The position numbers were made by a program, and so were the translations under genes. From Eledone cirrhosa (Eukaryota), in the NCBI GenBank assembly GCA_964016885.1, contig OZ024740.1:86490001-86554000 (forward strand): DNA of 64,000 bases. The letters run 5' to 3'. Each line of letters opens with the position of its first letter. Position 1 is the first letter of the stretch. Below the pieces are notes generated by a model. The model was not told the DNA's origin. It searched no databases and was given only the letters and a program-made list of their open reading frames with translations. This document shows, piece by piece, positions 24,047 through 36,900 of the stretch.

Positions 24047-27000
24047 CGTCTGTTCAGACGTCTTTTTTGCTCGCTCCCAGTAATTCGCTTTATTTACCTC
24101 TTATAATTATTTGTTGTTAAATTTTTCTTATTGTGTAAGGGTCTTTGTGAAGAGGAAAGTTTAATATTTGGGCCTTAACATTTGAACATTTTATTTGAAA
24201 AAAATAAAATAAATAAAATAAAATCATGGCTGAGCCACGCCCCAAGCTATATGTCTGCTGTCGTGTGACAACGGCGTAAAAGTTGAGAGGAGGGTTAGTG
24301 AAATTCATACAACAAACACCACCACAAACAACGTGAACAACACTGAGAACACTAATTTTTTAAAATTTACCATACCAACTACAACAATAACAGCGTCAAC
24401 CAAAATACAGACAATAGAAAAAACTGACAAAAAATGCAACAACGCTATTAACACCACTAACAATAAAATAAACAACAACAACAGCAACAATACAAATTGC
24501 ATCGAAAACAACAACGGTGGCACCAAAAACACAACCAACTACAAACGTGATAACAGCAACAACGCCGTTTGTAGCAGAAGCAACAGCAACAGCACCAGCA
24601 AGACCATTAGCAGCAGTAGCGGCAGCAATAATGGTGCCGCTGAAAAAGAGGCCACTTCTTTCGCAGGTATGGCCCGAAATATAGAGACAGTGCTAGTCAC
24701 TGAGGATGAGATGGCAGTCGCAAGAGCCATGGTGTCGAGAAACGACAACAGAGTTTCCCTGAAACCTCCACCCGATTTCTTCAAATACCAGCAACTGCGC
24801 ACGGTGACTTACCGCACCGTAATCAAAATGTCGCATCGGGTGGAGAGAGCCACGGAGGCTCAAATCCAAAAGGCCTTGGGGTGCGTCTGGGCGCGCAAAA
24901 CCCACATCAACCGAGGCAAAAAGTACGCTACAATAGATTTCACACCCCCCCCCCCCCAGAGGCGAAGTCTCACTCTTTGGAAACCCTAAAGAGTGAGGAG
25001 ATGGTCTTGGTGCCCTCCTACGCCGTGCAGAAATTTGTTAGGGTCAAAGTGACCCACGTCCCGCTCAACGTGCCCATACCTTGGCTGGCCGCGTCTTTAC
25101 TGGCTGGAATCGAGGAGAAGACCACCATACTGCAATTACAGAGAATGGGAAGAAATAACTGGTCAGGAATAGGCATGCAAATGCTAATACAGACTGACCA
25201 GGAGTGCATCAAGGCCATCCCAGACCCCATAAACTTCGAAGAAGAGCTCTATCTCCCTATAAGCGTGGAAGGAAGGCGCCTAAAGTGCCATCTCTGTGGG
25301 CAGAAGGGTCACCTCAGGGCCTTCTGCCCGCAGAAGACATCCAAGTCCACAAGTTGGTCTTTTCCTGATCAAAACGGGCGCAGTTGCTCGAACCCGAGCA
25401 GATGTGTGCGGCTTTTCAACAGCATTTTGCTCAATTTTTTCGGGAATGGCGGCGGCGGGCCGGATCGGAGTATGGACCTTGGTGCATACCTCGACGGACT
25501 GCCGCGGCTCTCAACGACCGCAGCGCAGTCCTGCGAAGAGCCGATAACAGCAGCTGAAATACGGGGCAAGATGTCTGACTGCACAAGGGGTAAATCACCA
25601 AGTTTGGATGGTCTGCCCTACGAGCTTTATGCGTATATGCCAGACTTGTTTCGCGACCTCTTGGCAGATGTCTACTGCAACTGGCAGCAGAACGGGAGCA
25701 TCCCCAGTTTTGTGAGCCGGGGAGCGGTGGCACTGCTGAGAAAAGACCCAAACAAGGGGGACGTTATAGACCCATTATAGACCCGTTATAGACTTCAGGC
25801 CCATAACTCTGCTAAAGTTTAAGATTTTGGCCAAGATGTTAGCAAAGAGATTGGCGCTTGTCGTCAGTTTTCTTGTGGGATAGGCGCAGACATGCGCCAT
25901 CCCGGACAGATCCACCACGACAACCTCCATCTCATGCGATACATCATAGAGAGGGTGGTTAAGGAACCTGGCACGGGTGGGGCCTTGATCAACTTGGATC
26001 AATCTAAAGCATTCGATAGGGTCGACCATCGGTATCTGGCTACGGTCCTCGAGGTGGCCGGCTTCGGGCCCGTTTTTAAGGGCTGGATCGCTGCAATGCA
26101 CAGCGACATCTGCTCGATTGTGAGGGTGAATGGTCACCTGTCGTAGCATTTCAGCATCATGCGCTCGGTCCGCCAGGGCTCCCCTCTCATCCCTCTTGTA
26201 CGTACTAGCCCTAGAGCCGTTACTGCATTAATTGGAGACGATGTGGGGGTTCCAGGCGAAATGGGATGCGGGAGATCCTTGTCTACTTACGCCGACGACG
26301 TCACCGTGGTGGTGTCGAGCACCAAACACGTCCAGATGCTCGGCACTGCTTTCAAGGAATACGAAACGGTGACATGAGCAAAGATAAACCAGTAAAAGTT
26401 GGTGGGCTTGCAGCTCGGCACCTGGAGAGGCAAGTCCATGCCGTCCGACAGCGTCGTGGGGCGCTGGACAGAAGGAGCGGCTAAATTGTTTGGGTCTGGT
26501 TCGATCCGGACCTCCAGATGGAGAAAAACTGGAGCGAGGTGACGAGCGGGGTAGCCTCTCTCACCCAGAAATGGGCCGAGAGGTGGCTGTCTCTGAAAAG
26601 TCGGGCGGAGGTGGCGAATGCGTACATAGCGTCCGTCATCTGCTACCGCCTCACCGTCGTACCTAGCCCCCTCCCAACTATGACCAAAATGGAGCGCCTT
26701 CCCTTCCCCTTTTTGTGGAAGGGACGTGATCCCATGGTCAGACGATCCATTTGCTGTCAACACCCGTTGCGTGGAGGACTAGGCATAATGTGGCTGATGA
26801 TGCGCAAACATGCGTTGAGGCTGCGACTTCTATGGTGCTTCCTTGACTGTGAACAGGCGTGGTCGCCGTTTGCCAGGCGCGCTTTTCCCCAGCTCGTCTC
26901 CTTGACGGAGCTGCAGTCCTGGATCAGGAAAAGACCGAGGGATAGCGCTTGGAAGCTGGAATGTCTACAAGCGCTCACCACCCTCTACCAGCTGGGCACT

Positions 27001-27590
27001 AGTATCGGTGGAACATTTACCTCGGCGTTCTATAGAGGGCTAGTGGAGGGAAAGAGCGACGACGTTCACGGGGAGACCCTGGAAGTCGAAGACAATCAGC
27101 TGTTTGCTCTCTTCAAGAGAACTTTCAGACCGGAGCCTATGGACAACTTCCAGAAATCTACAGGCACGGGGATGCTGTCAGCCGAGCCTGTCCGAGATGC
27201 GCGCAGAGCGACGAAACCGCCCTGCACGCATTCGCTCAGTGTCCGAGGATTGCTGACTTTTGGAGCTATGTCGAACAGCTACTGTCGCGTGTAGGACGGA
27301 TCCGGTTATCTACTGAGTCCATTGTGCAGATAGCCCCACCATCCTCCTTTAAAGAGGAGCAAGGGCAGGCAGTTTTCATCTGCCTGGTGGCCATGGCGAA
27401 AGAGATTGTGTGGTGGACAAGATTGAAAGGGTTGAAGACGGACACTTTCCTCTCCACCCTGATTTTCCACTTGAAGAGGAAAATCAGGGTGGAGAGGCAA
27501 ATGCTGTCTTCTAGTAAGTTTGTTGAAAGGTGGGTGAAAGTGGCGAGTCTGGTCCGAGTGAACGGGCCCGCTCTGATTATACGCCTGTAG
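24047..27590 (+). mobile_element. Tx1 copy 2 (diverged subfamily) with internal deletion fusing ORF1 to mid-ORF2; 3'UTR absent
   Basis: ORF1 from the aaaatcATGgctga context (24226) to CHLCGQKGHLRAFCPQK, then directly RT-proximal ORF2 sequence with many frameshifts; ends at the ORF2 stop. Confidence 0.87.
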
Positions 27591-30500
27591 ACTGAGGAGT
27601 GGTCAATCTTCCGGGACCCGGACGGGAAGTTGGTGGTCCTGGACGTGAACAATAATGAAGGTGGTGCCTTTAGACTGGTGGCCGTCTATGCTCCTATAGG
27701 GGCAGGACGGCCGGACTTCTTTAGACGCCTGGAAGCCTTTCTGGGTACGTCTCGCCCTTTACTGTTAGCTTAGACGCACGCTGGGACTGTGTGGGAGTAT
27801 CCGATAGGAGCGGGGGGTGAAAAAGCCTCAAGAACCTGATCAGCCAGTTCCAACTGTCTGACAGGTACCGACAAGATTTCCCTAATGCGCCAGTGTGGAC
27901 CTAGGCTAACCGCATAGGGTCATCTAGATCGTATATAGACAGGATATTCATTAGGAAAATAGACAGAAATAGTGTAAGCTGTCCACGTTTTGAAACCGTC
28001 ACCTATTCAGATCACAAGTTTGTGATCTGTATGGTCGACCTAGATAAGACGCGTAGGTTAGGACTTGGTTACTGGAAGCTAAACATGTCCATTTCCGGCA
28101 CGTAAGGCTTACAGGGACCAGGTCAACAATTTAGTTAAGGAACGGTTGACAGGGGGAGTCGTCAACAATAGATGGTGGGGGTCTCTCAAAAGAGAGATTA
28201 GAGTAATGTCCATAGAGTTTAGCAAAGAAGTAGAATTAGAGAAAAATAGAAAGGAGGGGGATTTGGTGGATAAGTTAGACGAGGCTATTGGTAGTGGCAT
28301 TGCAACTGATGTGCTAGCGGCGAGAATGGCATTAGACCATTTCTTCAATGCGAAACATGAAGGTTGCATTGTCAGAGCTAAGGCGCGTGCTCTGAGAAAC
28401 GAGGGAACCAAAGCTGTTCGATGGGCCCGCGTGGCAGAGGCGCAGCGTGGTAATAAAACCACGATTCGGTCTTTGACGGACCGAGACGGGCACAAGCTGA
28501 GCGATTCCAAGAGGATGTGTGAGGCCTTTCGTCAGCACTTTGCTCGGTTGTTCGGAGGAAGTGGCGGGTCAGAGATGGTGGCGGACTTCAGTCCCTACCT
28601 CGATGGCTTGCCGAAACTCTCGACGGCTGACGCTGGGCGCTGCGAAAGGCCAATTACTTTAGCCGAGATTCAGGATGTCCTTGTCGGCTGCATGAGGCGC
28701 AAGTCACCCGGTTTGGATGGTCTGCCCTACGAGCTTTACGTAAATATGCCAGACTTGTTCTCCAATCTCCTCGAAGCCCTCTACTGCAACTGGCAGCAAA
28801 ACGGGAGTATTCCCAGTTCTGTGAGCCGGGGCGTAGTGACGCTGATAAGGAAAGACGAGAACAAGAGGGACACATTAGACAATTTCAGGCCCATAACCAT
28901 GCTCAACACAGAGTTTAAGATTTTGGCCAGGGTGTTAGCGAAGAGGTTGGCGCTTGTCGTTGGGAATTTGGTTAGGGAGGCGCAAACTTGCGCAATCCCA
29001 ACCAGGTACATACGCGACAACCTCCACCTAATGCGATACATCATAGAGAGGGTAAGGTGTAAACCTGGCTTCGGTGGGGCTCTGATCAATTTAGATCAAT
29101 CGAAAGCATTCGATAGGGTCGACCATCGGTACCTGGAGGCTGTCCTCAATGCGGCTGGCTTCGGCCCCGTCTTCAGAAGCTGGATCGCTGCAATGCACAG
29201 CGGCACCTGCTCGATGGTCAAAATTAATGGCCACCTCTCGGAACCGTTTCAGGTCTCCCGATCGGTCCGTCAAGGGTGCCTTCTCTCCTCCCTTCTGTAC
29301 GTATTGACTCTCGAGCCTTTACTGCGGAAGCTGGAGCTGTTGCAGGGCATCCCGCTCGAACCGGGACGCGGAAAGGCTGTGTCGGCTTATGCGGACGACA
29401 TCACCGTGATGGTGTCGGACACCTCAGAAATCGAGGTGGTCGGCAACTTATTGGAGGAATATGAAAGGTTGACGGGAGTAAAACTTAACCCGGAAAAGTC
29501 AGTGGGCTTGCAACTCGGCACCTGGAGAGGCAAGTCTATGCCGTCCAACAGCGTCGTGAGGCGCTGCACGGGCGGACCGGTAAAGTTGCTAGGGGTTTTG
29601 TTCGGGCCAGACCTCCAGGTGGATAAGAATTGGGACGAGGTGACGGGCAGAGTAGTCAGTCTCACCCAGAAATGGGCTGGGATGAAGCTATCACTGAAAG
29701 GTCGGGTGGAGGTGGCGAACGCGTACATCGAGTCCGTCATCTACTACCGTCTGACTGTCGTCCCTTGCCCCCGTTCGCGCCTCGCCATCTTGGAGCGGCT
29801 CCTCTTCAAATTCTTGTGGAGGGGTCAGGTTCCGCTGGTGAGGTGGTCCATCTGCTGCCAGCACCCTCTACGTGGAGGGCTGGGCATGCCGTGGCTAATG
29901 ATGTGCAGGCACACGCTGAGGCTGCGGCATCTCCAGATATTCTGCCTAAACGGTGAACAGGTGTGGTTGCCGTTTGTCAGACGGGCCTTTCCGCAGCTCG
30001 TTTCTTTGACTGAGTTGCAGTCCTGGGTCAAGAAGAGACCGAGACTGGGTGACTGGCATCTGGAATGTTGCCAGGCACTCACTGCCCTCTACCAGGCGGG
30101 CAATGTGGTCAGTGGAACTTCCACTCTCGAGTTCTATAGAGGATTAGTAGTGGGCAAGTACGACGACGCACTCGGAGAGGCTCTGGGAGTCAACGAAGTC
30201 GAACTAACCAGTCTGTACCGGAGGACTTTCGAGCCGGGGACGATGGATAATTTCCAAAAGTCCCTCGCTTGGCAGTGCTACCGGGGGGCACTGCCGGTTC
30301 GAGATAAACTCTACAAGCACGGAAGTGCTGTCAGACGGACCTGTCCGAGATGCGCGCAGAGCGACAAAACCGTTCTGCACGCACTCGTCCAGTGTCCGTG
30401 CATTACTGACTTGTGGAGTTATGTTGAACAGCTGTTGTCGCGTGTAGAACGGATCCGGCTATCGGCCGAGCCCATAGTGAAGATCGGCCCGCCGCCTTCT

Positions 30501-31029
30501 TTTGGCCAGGAAGGGCAGGCAATTTTCCTCTGTCTGGTGGCAGTAGCGAAAGAGGTTGTATGGTGGACGAGGTTGAAAGGACTGAAGACAGACACTTTTC
30601 TCTTCGGCCAATCCTTCATCAACTTTTTCAAGTTTCACTTGGAAAGGAAGGTGAGGGTGGAGAGAGAAGTGCTGCCCCCCAGTACATTTGCTGAAAGGTG
30701 GGTGAATGTGGCGAGAATGGCCCGTGTGAGTGGGCCTACTCTGGTCATGCGGCTGTAGGTAGGTAAATTTGAAAAGGAGAGGAGTGCCCTTCCAGGGTGC
30801 TCTCGAAGCGTCGGGTCGTTCAGGACTGGTGGGGTACCTGAGCGAACCCTAGGTGGTCATCCCCCTATTGGGGAATTTTTTCTTGTAATTTTATTGTTAC
30901 TTTATTGTTACTTTGTTATTGTTACTTTGTTTATTCATATTGTTTACTCGATTTTTCTGTAAAACCCCATTGTCCCAGTCTTTTGTATTGTCCCCTATAT
31001 GTCGGCCCTTGTTGCCAATAAATGAGATC
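27591..31029 (+). mobile_element. Tx1 copy 3, 5'-truncated within APE domain
   Basis: Starts at IFRDPDGKLVVLDV and ends gtcggcccttgttgccaataaatgagatc-(ATT)n. Confidence 0.9.
28146..30758 (+). CDS. Tx1 ORF2 open segment (870 aa: linker, RT, C-terminal zinc finger); upstream APE part disrupted
   Basis: KSPGLDGLPYE, FRPITMLN, LDQSKAFDRVDH, VRQGCLLS, AYADDI, CPRCAQSDKTVLHALVQC. Confidence 0.85.
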   Translation: MTGGVVNNRWWGSLKREIRVMSIEFSKEVELEKNRKEGDLVDKLDEAIGSGIATDVLAARMALDHFFNAKHEGCIVRAKARALRNEGTKAVRWARVAEAQRGNKTTIRSLTDRDGHKLSDSKRMCEAFRQHFARLFGGSGGSEMVADFSPYLDGLPKLSTADAGRCERPITLAEIQDVLVGCMRRKSPGLDGLPYELYVNMPDLFSNLLEALYCNWQQNGSIPSSVSRGVVTLIRKDENKRDTLDNFRPITMLNTEFKILARVLAKRLALVVGNLVREAQTCAIPTRYIRDNLHLMRYIIERVRCKPGFGGALINLDQSKAFDRVDHRYLEAVLNAAGFGPVFRSWIAAMHSGTCSMVKINGHLSEPFQVSRSVRQGCLLSSLLYVLTLEPLLRKLELLQGIPLEPGRGKAVSAYADDITVMVSDTSEIEVVGNLLEEYERLTGVKLNPEKSVGLQLGTWRGKSMPSNSVVRRCTGGPVKLLGVLFGPDLQVDKNWDEVTGRVVSLTQKWAGMKLSLKGRVEVANAYIESVIYYRLTVVPCPRSRLAILERLLFKFLWRGQVPLVRWSICCQHPLRGGLGMPWLMMCRHTLRLRHLQIFCLNGEQVWLPFVRRAFPQLVSLTELQSWVKKRPRLGDWHLECCQALTALYQAGNVVSGTSTLEFYRGLVVGKYDDALGEALGVNEVELTSLYRRTFEPGTMDNFQKSLAWQCYRGALPVRDKLYKHGSAVRRTCPRCAQSDKTVLHALVQCPCITDLWSYVEQLLSRVERIRLSAEPIVKIGPPPSFGQEGQAIFLCLVAVAKEVVWWTRLKGLKTDTFLFGQSFINFFKFHLERKVRVEREVLPPSTFAERWVNVARMARVSGPTLVMRL

Positions 31030-31046
31030 ATTATTATTATTGTTAA

Positions 31047-31230
31047 GGCGATGGATTGGCAGTATCGATAGAGGGTCGGACGCCATGCTTTCCAGCATAG
31101 TTACGTCCCTTTACGATCTGAGTTCAAATCCCGCCGAGGTTGACTTTGCCTTTCATCCTTACGGTGTCGATAAAATAAAGTACCAGTCATGCACTGGGTA
31201 ATTGCTGGCCTTGTGCCTAACGTAGAAACA
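31047..31230 (+). mobile_element. tRNA-derived SINE with Nin/Deu-like central domain and (ATT)n tail
   Basis: A-box tggcagtatcg, B-box gagttcaaatccc, central gcctttcatccttacggtgtcgataaaataaagtaccag; probable TSD attattattattgtta. Confidence 0.85.
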
Positions 31231-31820
31231 ATTATTATTATTGTTATTATTGTTTTCTTTTATTTATTTTTATTTATTTTTTATTTTTTGCTTTGCTGTT
31301 ATATCCTTTCAATTTCGTATTTAGCTGAAAACGGAAGATGTACAGTCTCATTTCCACAGACTGCATAACTTTCACATACATTTCATCGAATTTAGTTCTA
31401 GAGAGACTGAACTTAGTCATTAGATCCGTTAGAAAGAACAGTGCAATTTTCGACAAATACGACACATTTTACTATCTGAAGTCACAGATTTAACAATGTA
31501 TCCTAAATATATATTTTAAAAAATGACTTGAATGATTTCTACTATAGTTCTCTCTCGATTATTTCTGACTTCGGGTAAAACAACAATAATAGCAACAATA
31601 ATAGCAACAACAAGCACCGTATAGTATAGTTTCGAATATATCCGGTTTGTAGGATGAATATACTTCAATTCAAGTACATCAGCCATTGCTTTATGCAATG
31701 TACGGATGTCATGCATATTGTATTTTCTCTATTATATATAAACATTTTCTTTAACTGCAGAGAGGGATTGGAAAAATAATGGAAGAGACAGGTTATAAGA
31801 ATAATGGTGTTGGTGATGGC

Positions 31821-31856
<36 letters not shown>

Positions 31857-32243
31857 AAATAATATGAGGGAATTTATAATAGATAAAGAGATAGATGGAT
31901 GTATATAGATTCTTATATATACATTACATGATTTTATGTAGCTGCATGTATAGACGTTGTATAAATAAATAGATATGCATTATGAATTTGTGTTTGTATG
32001 ACCACGTGTTCTTGCGATACTGTCGTTCTTTGTGAGGTACATTTGTGTGTGTGTGTTTACGTGCATTTACTGTTCGACGAATTCATGTGTATGTATATGT
32101 GTCTGTTACTAAAAATTTAAATGTATATTTGTGAATGTTTCTAAGTAAAAAATACATGAAAACTTGTTAACATTTAATTCTGTAAATTTTAACACATTCG
32201 GTTACAGGGTAACGGCAGTCATCAAAGCGGTATATCTATCTCT

Positions 32244-32431
<188 letters not shown>

Positions 32432-32442
32432 AGAGATAGATA

Positions 32443-32608
32443 TAATTCTGGACTAAAAATTTTTAGTCCAGAATTAGCCGTCGAAACGGCTTGAGCTCAG
32501 CCGTCGGGGTCCTACTCGTTCCTATATATATTACCCACTCTACTACCCTAAGTATTGAGTACTTTGGTGCATTATGGTCCATTAGGTTCCTTACCACATT
32601 TCCTTCGT
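32443..32608 (+). mobile_element. Family A PLE pLTR 3' stub (3' half of hammerhead + tail) with short fold-back
   Basis: Homologous to the reverse complement of 2781-2920; hairpin taattctggactaaaaat/ttttagtccagaatta at the 5' end. Confidence 0.85.
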
Positions 32609-33093
<485 letters not shown>

Positions 33094-33889
33094 GCTTTGG
33101 CTGTGGCCAAGCAAACGACCTACAATTAGGAATGAACAGCAAAGTACTCAATAAGGTAGGCCCTTGGAGTAAAAACATACGTTTAGACAGCTTAACAAAT
33201 TGAAAATTGCGGCAGGCAGACCTAGCCACACAATACCAAAATATATATAGAGGTATGTATAATAGCTTTAGAGAGTTGGAAAAAGGTGGCCAGCAGCCGT
33301 TCCAGATAATCAAACTCTGTAACTCACAAATTTCGGTTGAGTGCTGTCTGCTAGCTTCTGTTTAGACAGCAATCACACCCAGTTGTCATTTAGCTCAATG
33401 GTACCGATTGTTAAGCTAGAATATAAGAGGTACAGAATCCGATTTTGTGTGGCTGGGGACCCGCTTTTGTCGGTCTAAAGGCGGGTATTTTAGCCGATTT
33501 TCTAAATCTGTTAATTATAGCATTCGTGTTTATAGTTATTCTTCAACCTAGAGAATAACTCTTTGATTCTCTGTAGTGGCTGCTGACCACTCTTCTCCGA
33601 CTTTCTAAAGGTATTATTTATAACAATCAACTCTGACTTCTGGTTGCTGTTTTTTTGCGATTGAGATTTTCTACATTTTCTAAGAATGTCAATTCACTCA
33701 ACTCTCCGACGGTTTATTTACAAATGGTCAGGGTCATTTTGCTGCAAGCTTTTAGCCAAATTTTTAGGTTTGCGGATATCTTCTTCTCTACACTTTATTC
33801 CCACCAGTTTCAGAGGCCATGTAAAGACTCTTGGGTTCTTGGTCATTGTACTTCCCCCTCACTAAACATTAAAAAAAGCTAAATATATA

Positions 33890-33992
33890 ATTTTTTCTAT
33901 TTTAGGCACAAGGCCGCAATTACCCAGTACTTTATTTTATCGACCCCGTAAGGATGAAAGACAAAGTTAACCCCGGCGGGATTTGAACTCAA
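33890..33992 (-). mobile_element. Partial Nin-domain tRNA SINE
   Basis: Homologous to 31047-31230 from the B-box to the tail. Confidence 0.75.
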
Positions 33993-36900
33993 AATTTGAC
34001 TGGTCATATTATAACGACACCAGAAGGCAGAAAAGTATAGTTAACTGCTGACTGTAAATAAGTTCGGACTATAAAGCGCAAGATGTTTTACCAGATGCTC
34101 TGTTGGTTTTCGAACCCTTTAAACTATTTAATATTTACATGAAACAAACTGCTCATAAATATCGTAAAATATCTACAGGCTTCACCTTGCCAACACGATA
34201 CGTCTTCACACAAAAAAAAAACTATTCGAAGGATCTAGAGCAACAGTTTGTTTACCGCCAACCAACAAACAGGTTTTCACATGGTCTCTCTATCTGCTAA
34301 TGAAAAGAGCAAAATATCACACAGATCACATTCTACTTGTCTTAAAGTAACACACATTGCATACTGTGGCTGCCAGAAAAGTAATGTGCCCGTCGTTGCT
34401 GGAATAAATTTGATCCTTGGTCTATTCGACCATGGCTACTCTGGGGATTAACAACAATTTCCATTCGGTGCAATCTATTGATAGAGCCTATGTGGTGACA
34501 AACGATTAGCTAGAAATAGGAGTAACATTTCCTTTGATCCCACCTTTATCATCATAAAGGATACAAATACAACCCATTGTTCAATGTAATCCCTGATATA
34601 CAAAATGCTATGATCACAAAGCTTTTGATCAAAGTGTTGTACTATCAGCGTTAATCTGGGGTTCAAGAGCAACAAAAGCAGAGGCTCCAGCAGATTTACC
34701 TTTCTGTGATTGGCTTTTCACGATTAAAATGTCTACTTGGGAAATAGTTTACCAGGCATCTCCTAAGGTGTTTGTTTTAAAGAAACATTCAATTCCTTAT
34801 AATGACCATTCAAGTACTTGAATGTCATTGGGGAATAAAATAGATTAACATTGAGATTGTATGGAATAGGTTCTTGCCAGAGAAGAAAATCACTTTCTCA
34901 GGGCTTAAAAGAGGAAATATAGAATTGTAAAACGAAAACTGAAGAAATATTTAACATGGCTGAAATTATTTATTGTGATGAACAATCGCAAAGAAACATA
35001 AATTTAGGATAACGTTAATTAAAGGTTGCCAAGAAATAAGGCTTTATAAATAAATTATGGGGAAAAACGGAGAGGAATCGATCAGACCAAGGAAACAATG
35101 TTTCATTGGTCTTTCCATTGTTGATATTATCTGAAGCATTTAACCCGACACCATAACGACCTTGTCAATTCACCTCCCCCTAACACGATATTGAACATAA
35201 ATATCCTTTTTAGTGTGTAACTACATATATTAACATATATATCAACAATGACTATATTATCCATCTGACATTCTGATATCCTTAAATTCTGTTTCTTTTT
35301 AAATATATCTATTTCATAATCTGTCATACAATTATGATTTGTCACAAAGTTGCATAAATTCTGTTGCATAATAAGAGTACAACCCTTGAAATTAATTTTA
35401 GTGGTTGACCGGTACTAAATTGTCGACTTTCGAGGGATGAAAGACGGCGGCCTCGGTGTGATTTAATCTCGAATCATTTCAGAACATAACTAAATACTAA
35501 ACGACAGACATTTTACCATTTCCTCATACTGATCTCACTATAAATATATTAGAAAGTGGACAGCATTTATGTCAGAATAATGGACATTTCATTTGCAATT
35601 AAAATATATCTTCAAATAAGTTATTGATTGTTACACTTGAACGTATTTAATTGATGTTGTTTATATCCAAACTCAACTAAAGTTCAGTGGAAGATGCATT
35701 ATGAAATACCCGTGCCCATATCCATGTTATAAACATTATCAACACAAGAAATAATTTGCTGTCTTAAAGTGTAGGATCAAACTCGCTTTATAATATTGAG
35801 TTGTATCTAAGCATAGTTAGCTACAAGTATTCAAAGGCAATAATTTATAAGGAATGATTAGTCACATGATAATTACGTAAATTACTTACATCGATATATA
35901 ATGGGTTTAGGGACTAGATGATAAGGATTCGCAAAGGAAAGAGTAGGGGGCAGATAAATATGAGGTTATTTACAAACATCAATTGTATGCGTTCATTCAT
36001 CGATGTACTTCAAAGTAATGAGAAAATAAATACGACATACTGACACTAGAAACCGGTAAACGAGTGCATTGATGCGAAATACTATTTGAAAATGTGGTTC
36101 AAGTTTATTTCCAAAAATAATTTAGAAAATAGTCAACAAATAATGAAGTAATTATTCTGTGTGAAGCTCTTTTTGTCTCTGTGAAAATAAAGGATGCGTC
36201 ATGTTAAATGCATGACATGAAGGAGATATTTTAAGAAACCGTTTCTAAGTACAATTTTGTTGTTAAAAGTAGGAAGAAAGGGGAAATATCTATTATTGTT
36301 ACAAAAGTTAATTGCAAACACGTTTAGAAAATACTTTTTTCCTTCTCGTAGAAATCATGGTAGTCAACTTTCAACAAGCAATAAACAAACAGGATTTTGT
36401 ATTCTATGGGCCCTGTCAAGTATGAAGTTTAGTCGATCAACAGAAACATACCAAAGATAGTTATTGAAGGAAGATATTTATTTTTATTTTTCTTGACATA
36501 TTTGCCAGAATCCATAAATACTGTCAATATATGTAATGCCCTCATAGACAATAATAGCAACATCGTAGTCTATGCCAATTGTCTTTCATAGAAAACTATT
36601 AGGAGAAAACAAATATTTCTGTGAAATACAAATATAGAACTTATGTTATGTTATAAAATAATAACAGTTAAAATAAAATCGTGTTTTGTCTTGTTATTCT
36701 TATTCGAGATTTTAAAGAAAATATTTTTTTTATTTATTTTCATGTTTGTTATCAGCTTGATTGGAGAAAAAATATTTGTTTTGTTAAAAACACAAGAAAA
36801 GCCAATATAACAATATGGAGGAAATGAAAATTAATCCTAATTAGGAAAACATTGAAACATGGAAGTAAACGTGAATGAAATAGTAAAAATCTTCCGAATA

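Noticed and set aside
31047-31140. tRNA gene
   Set aside because: A/B boxes are present but there is no cloverleaf; it is the head of a multi-copy SINE.
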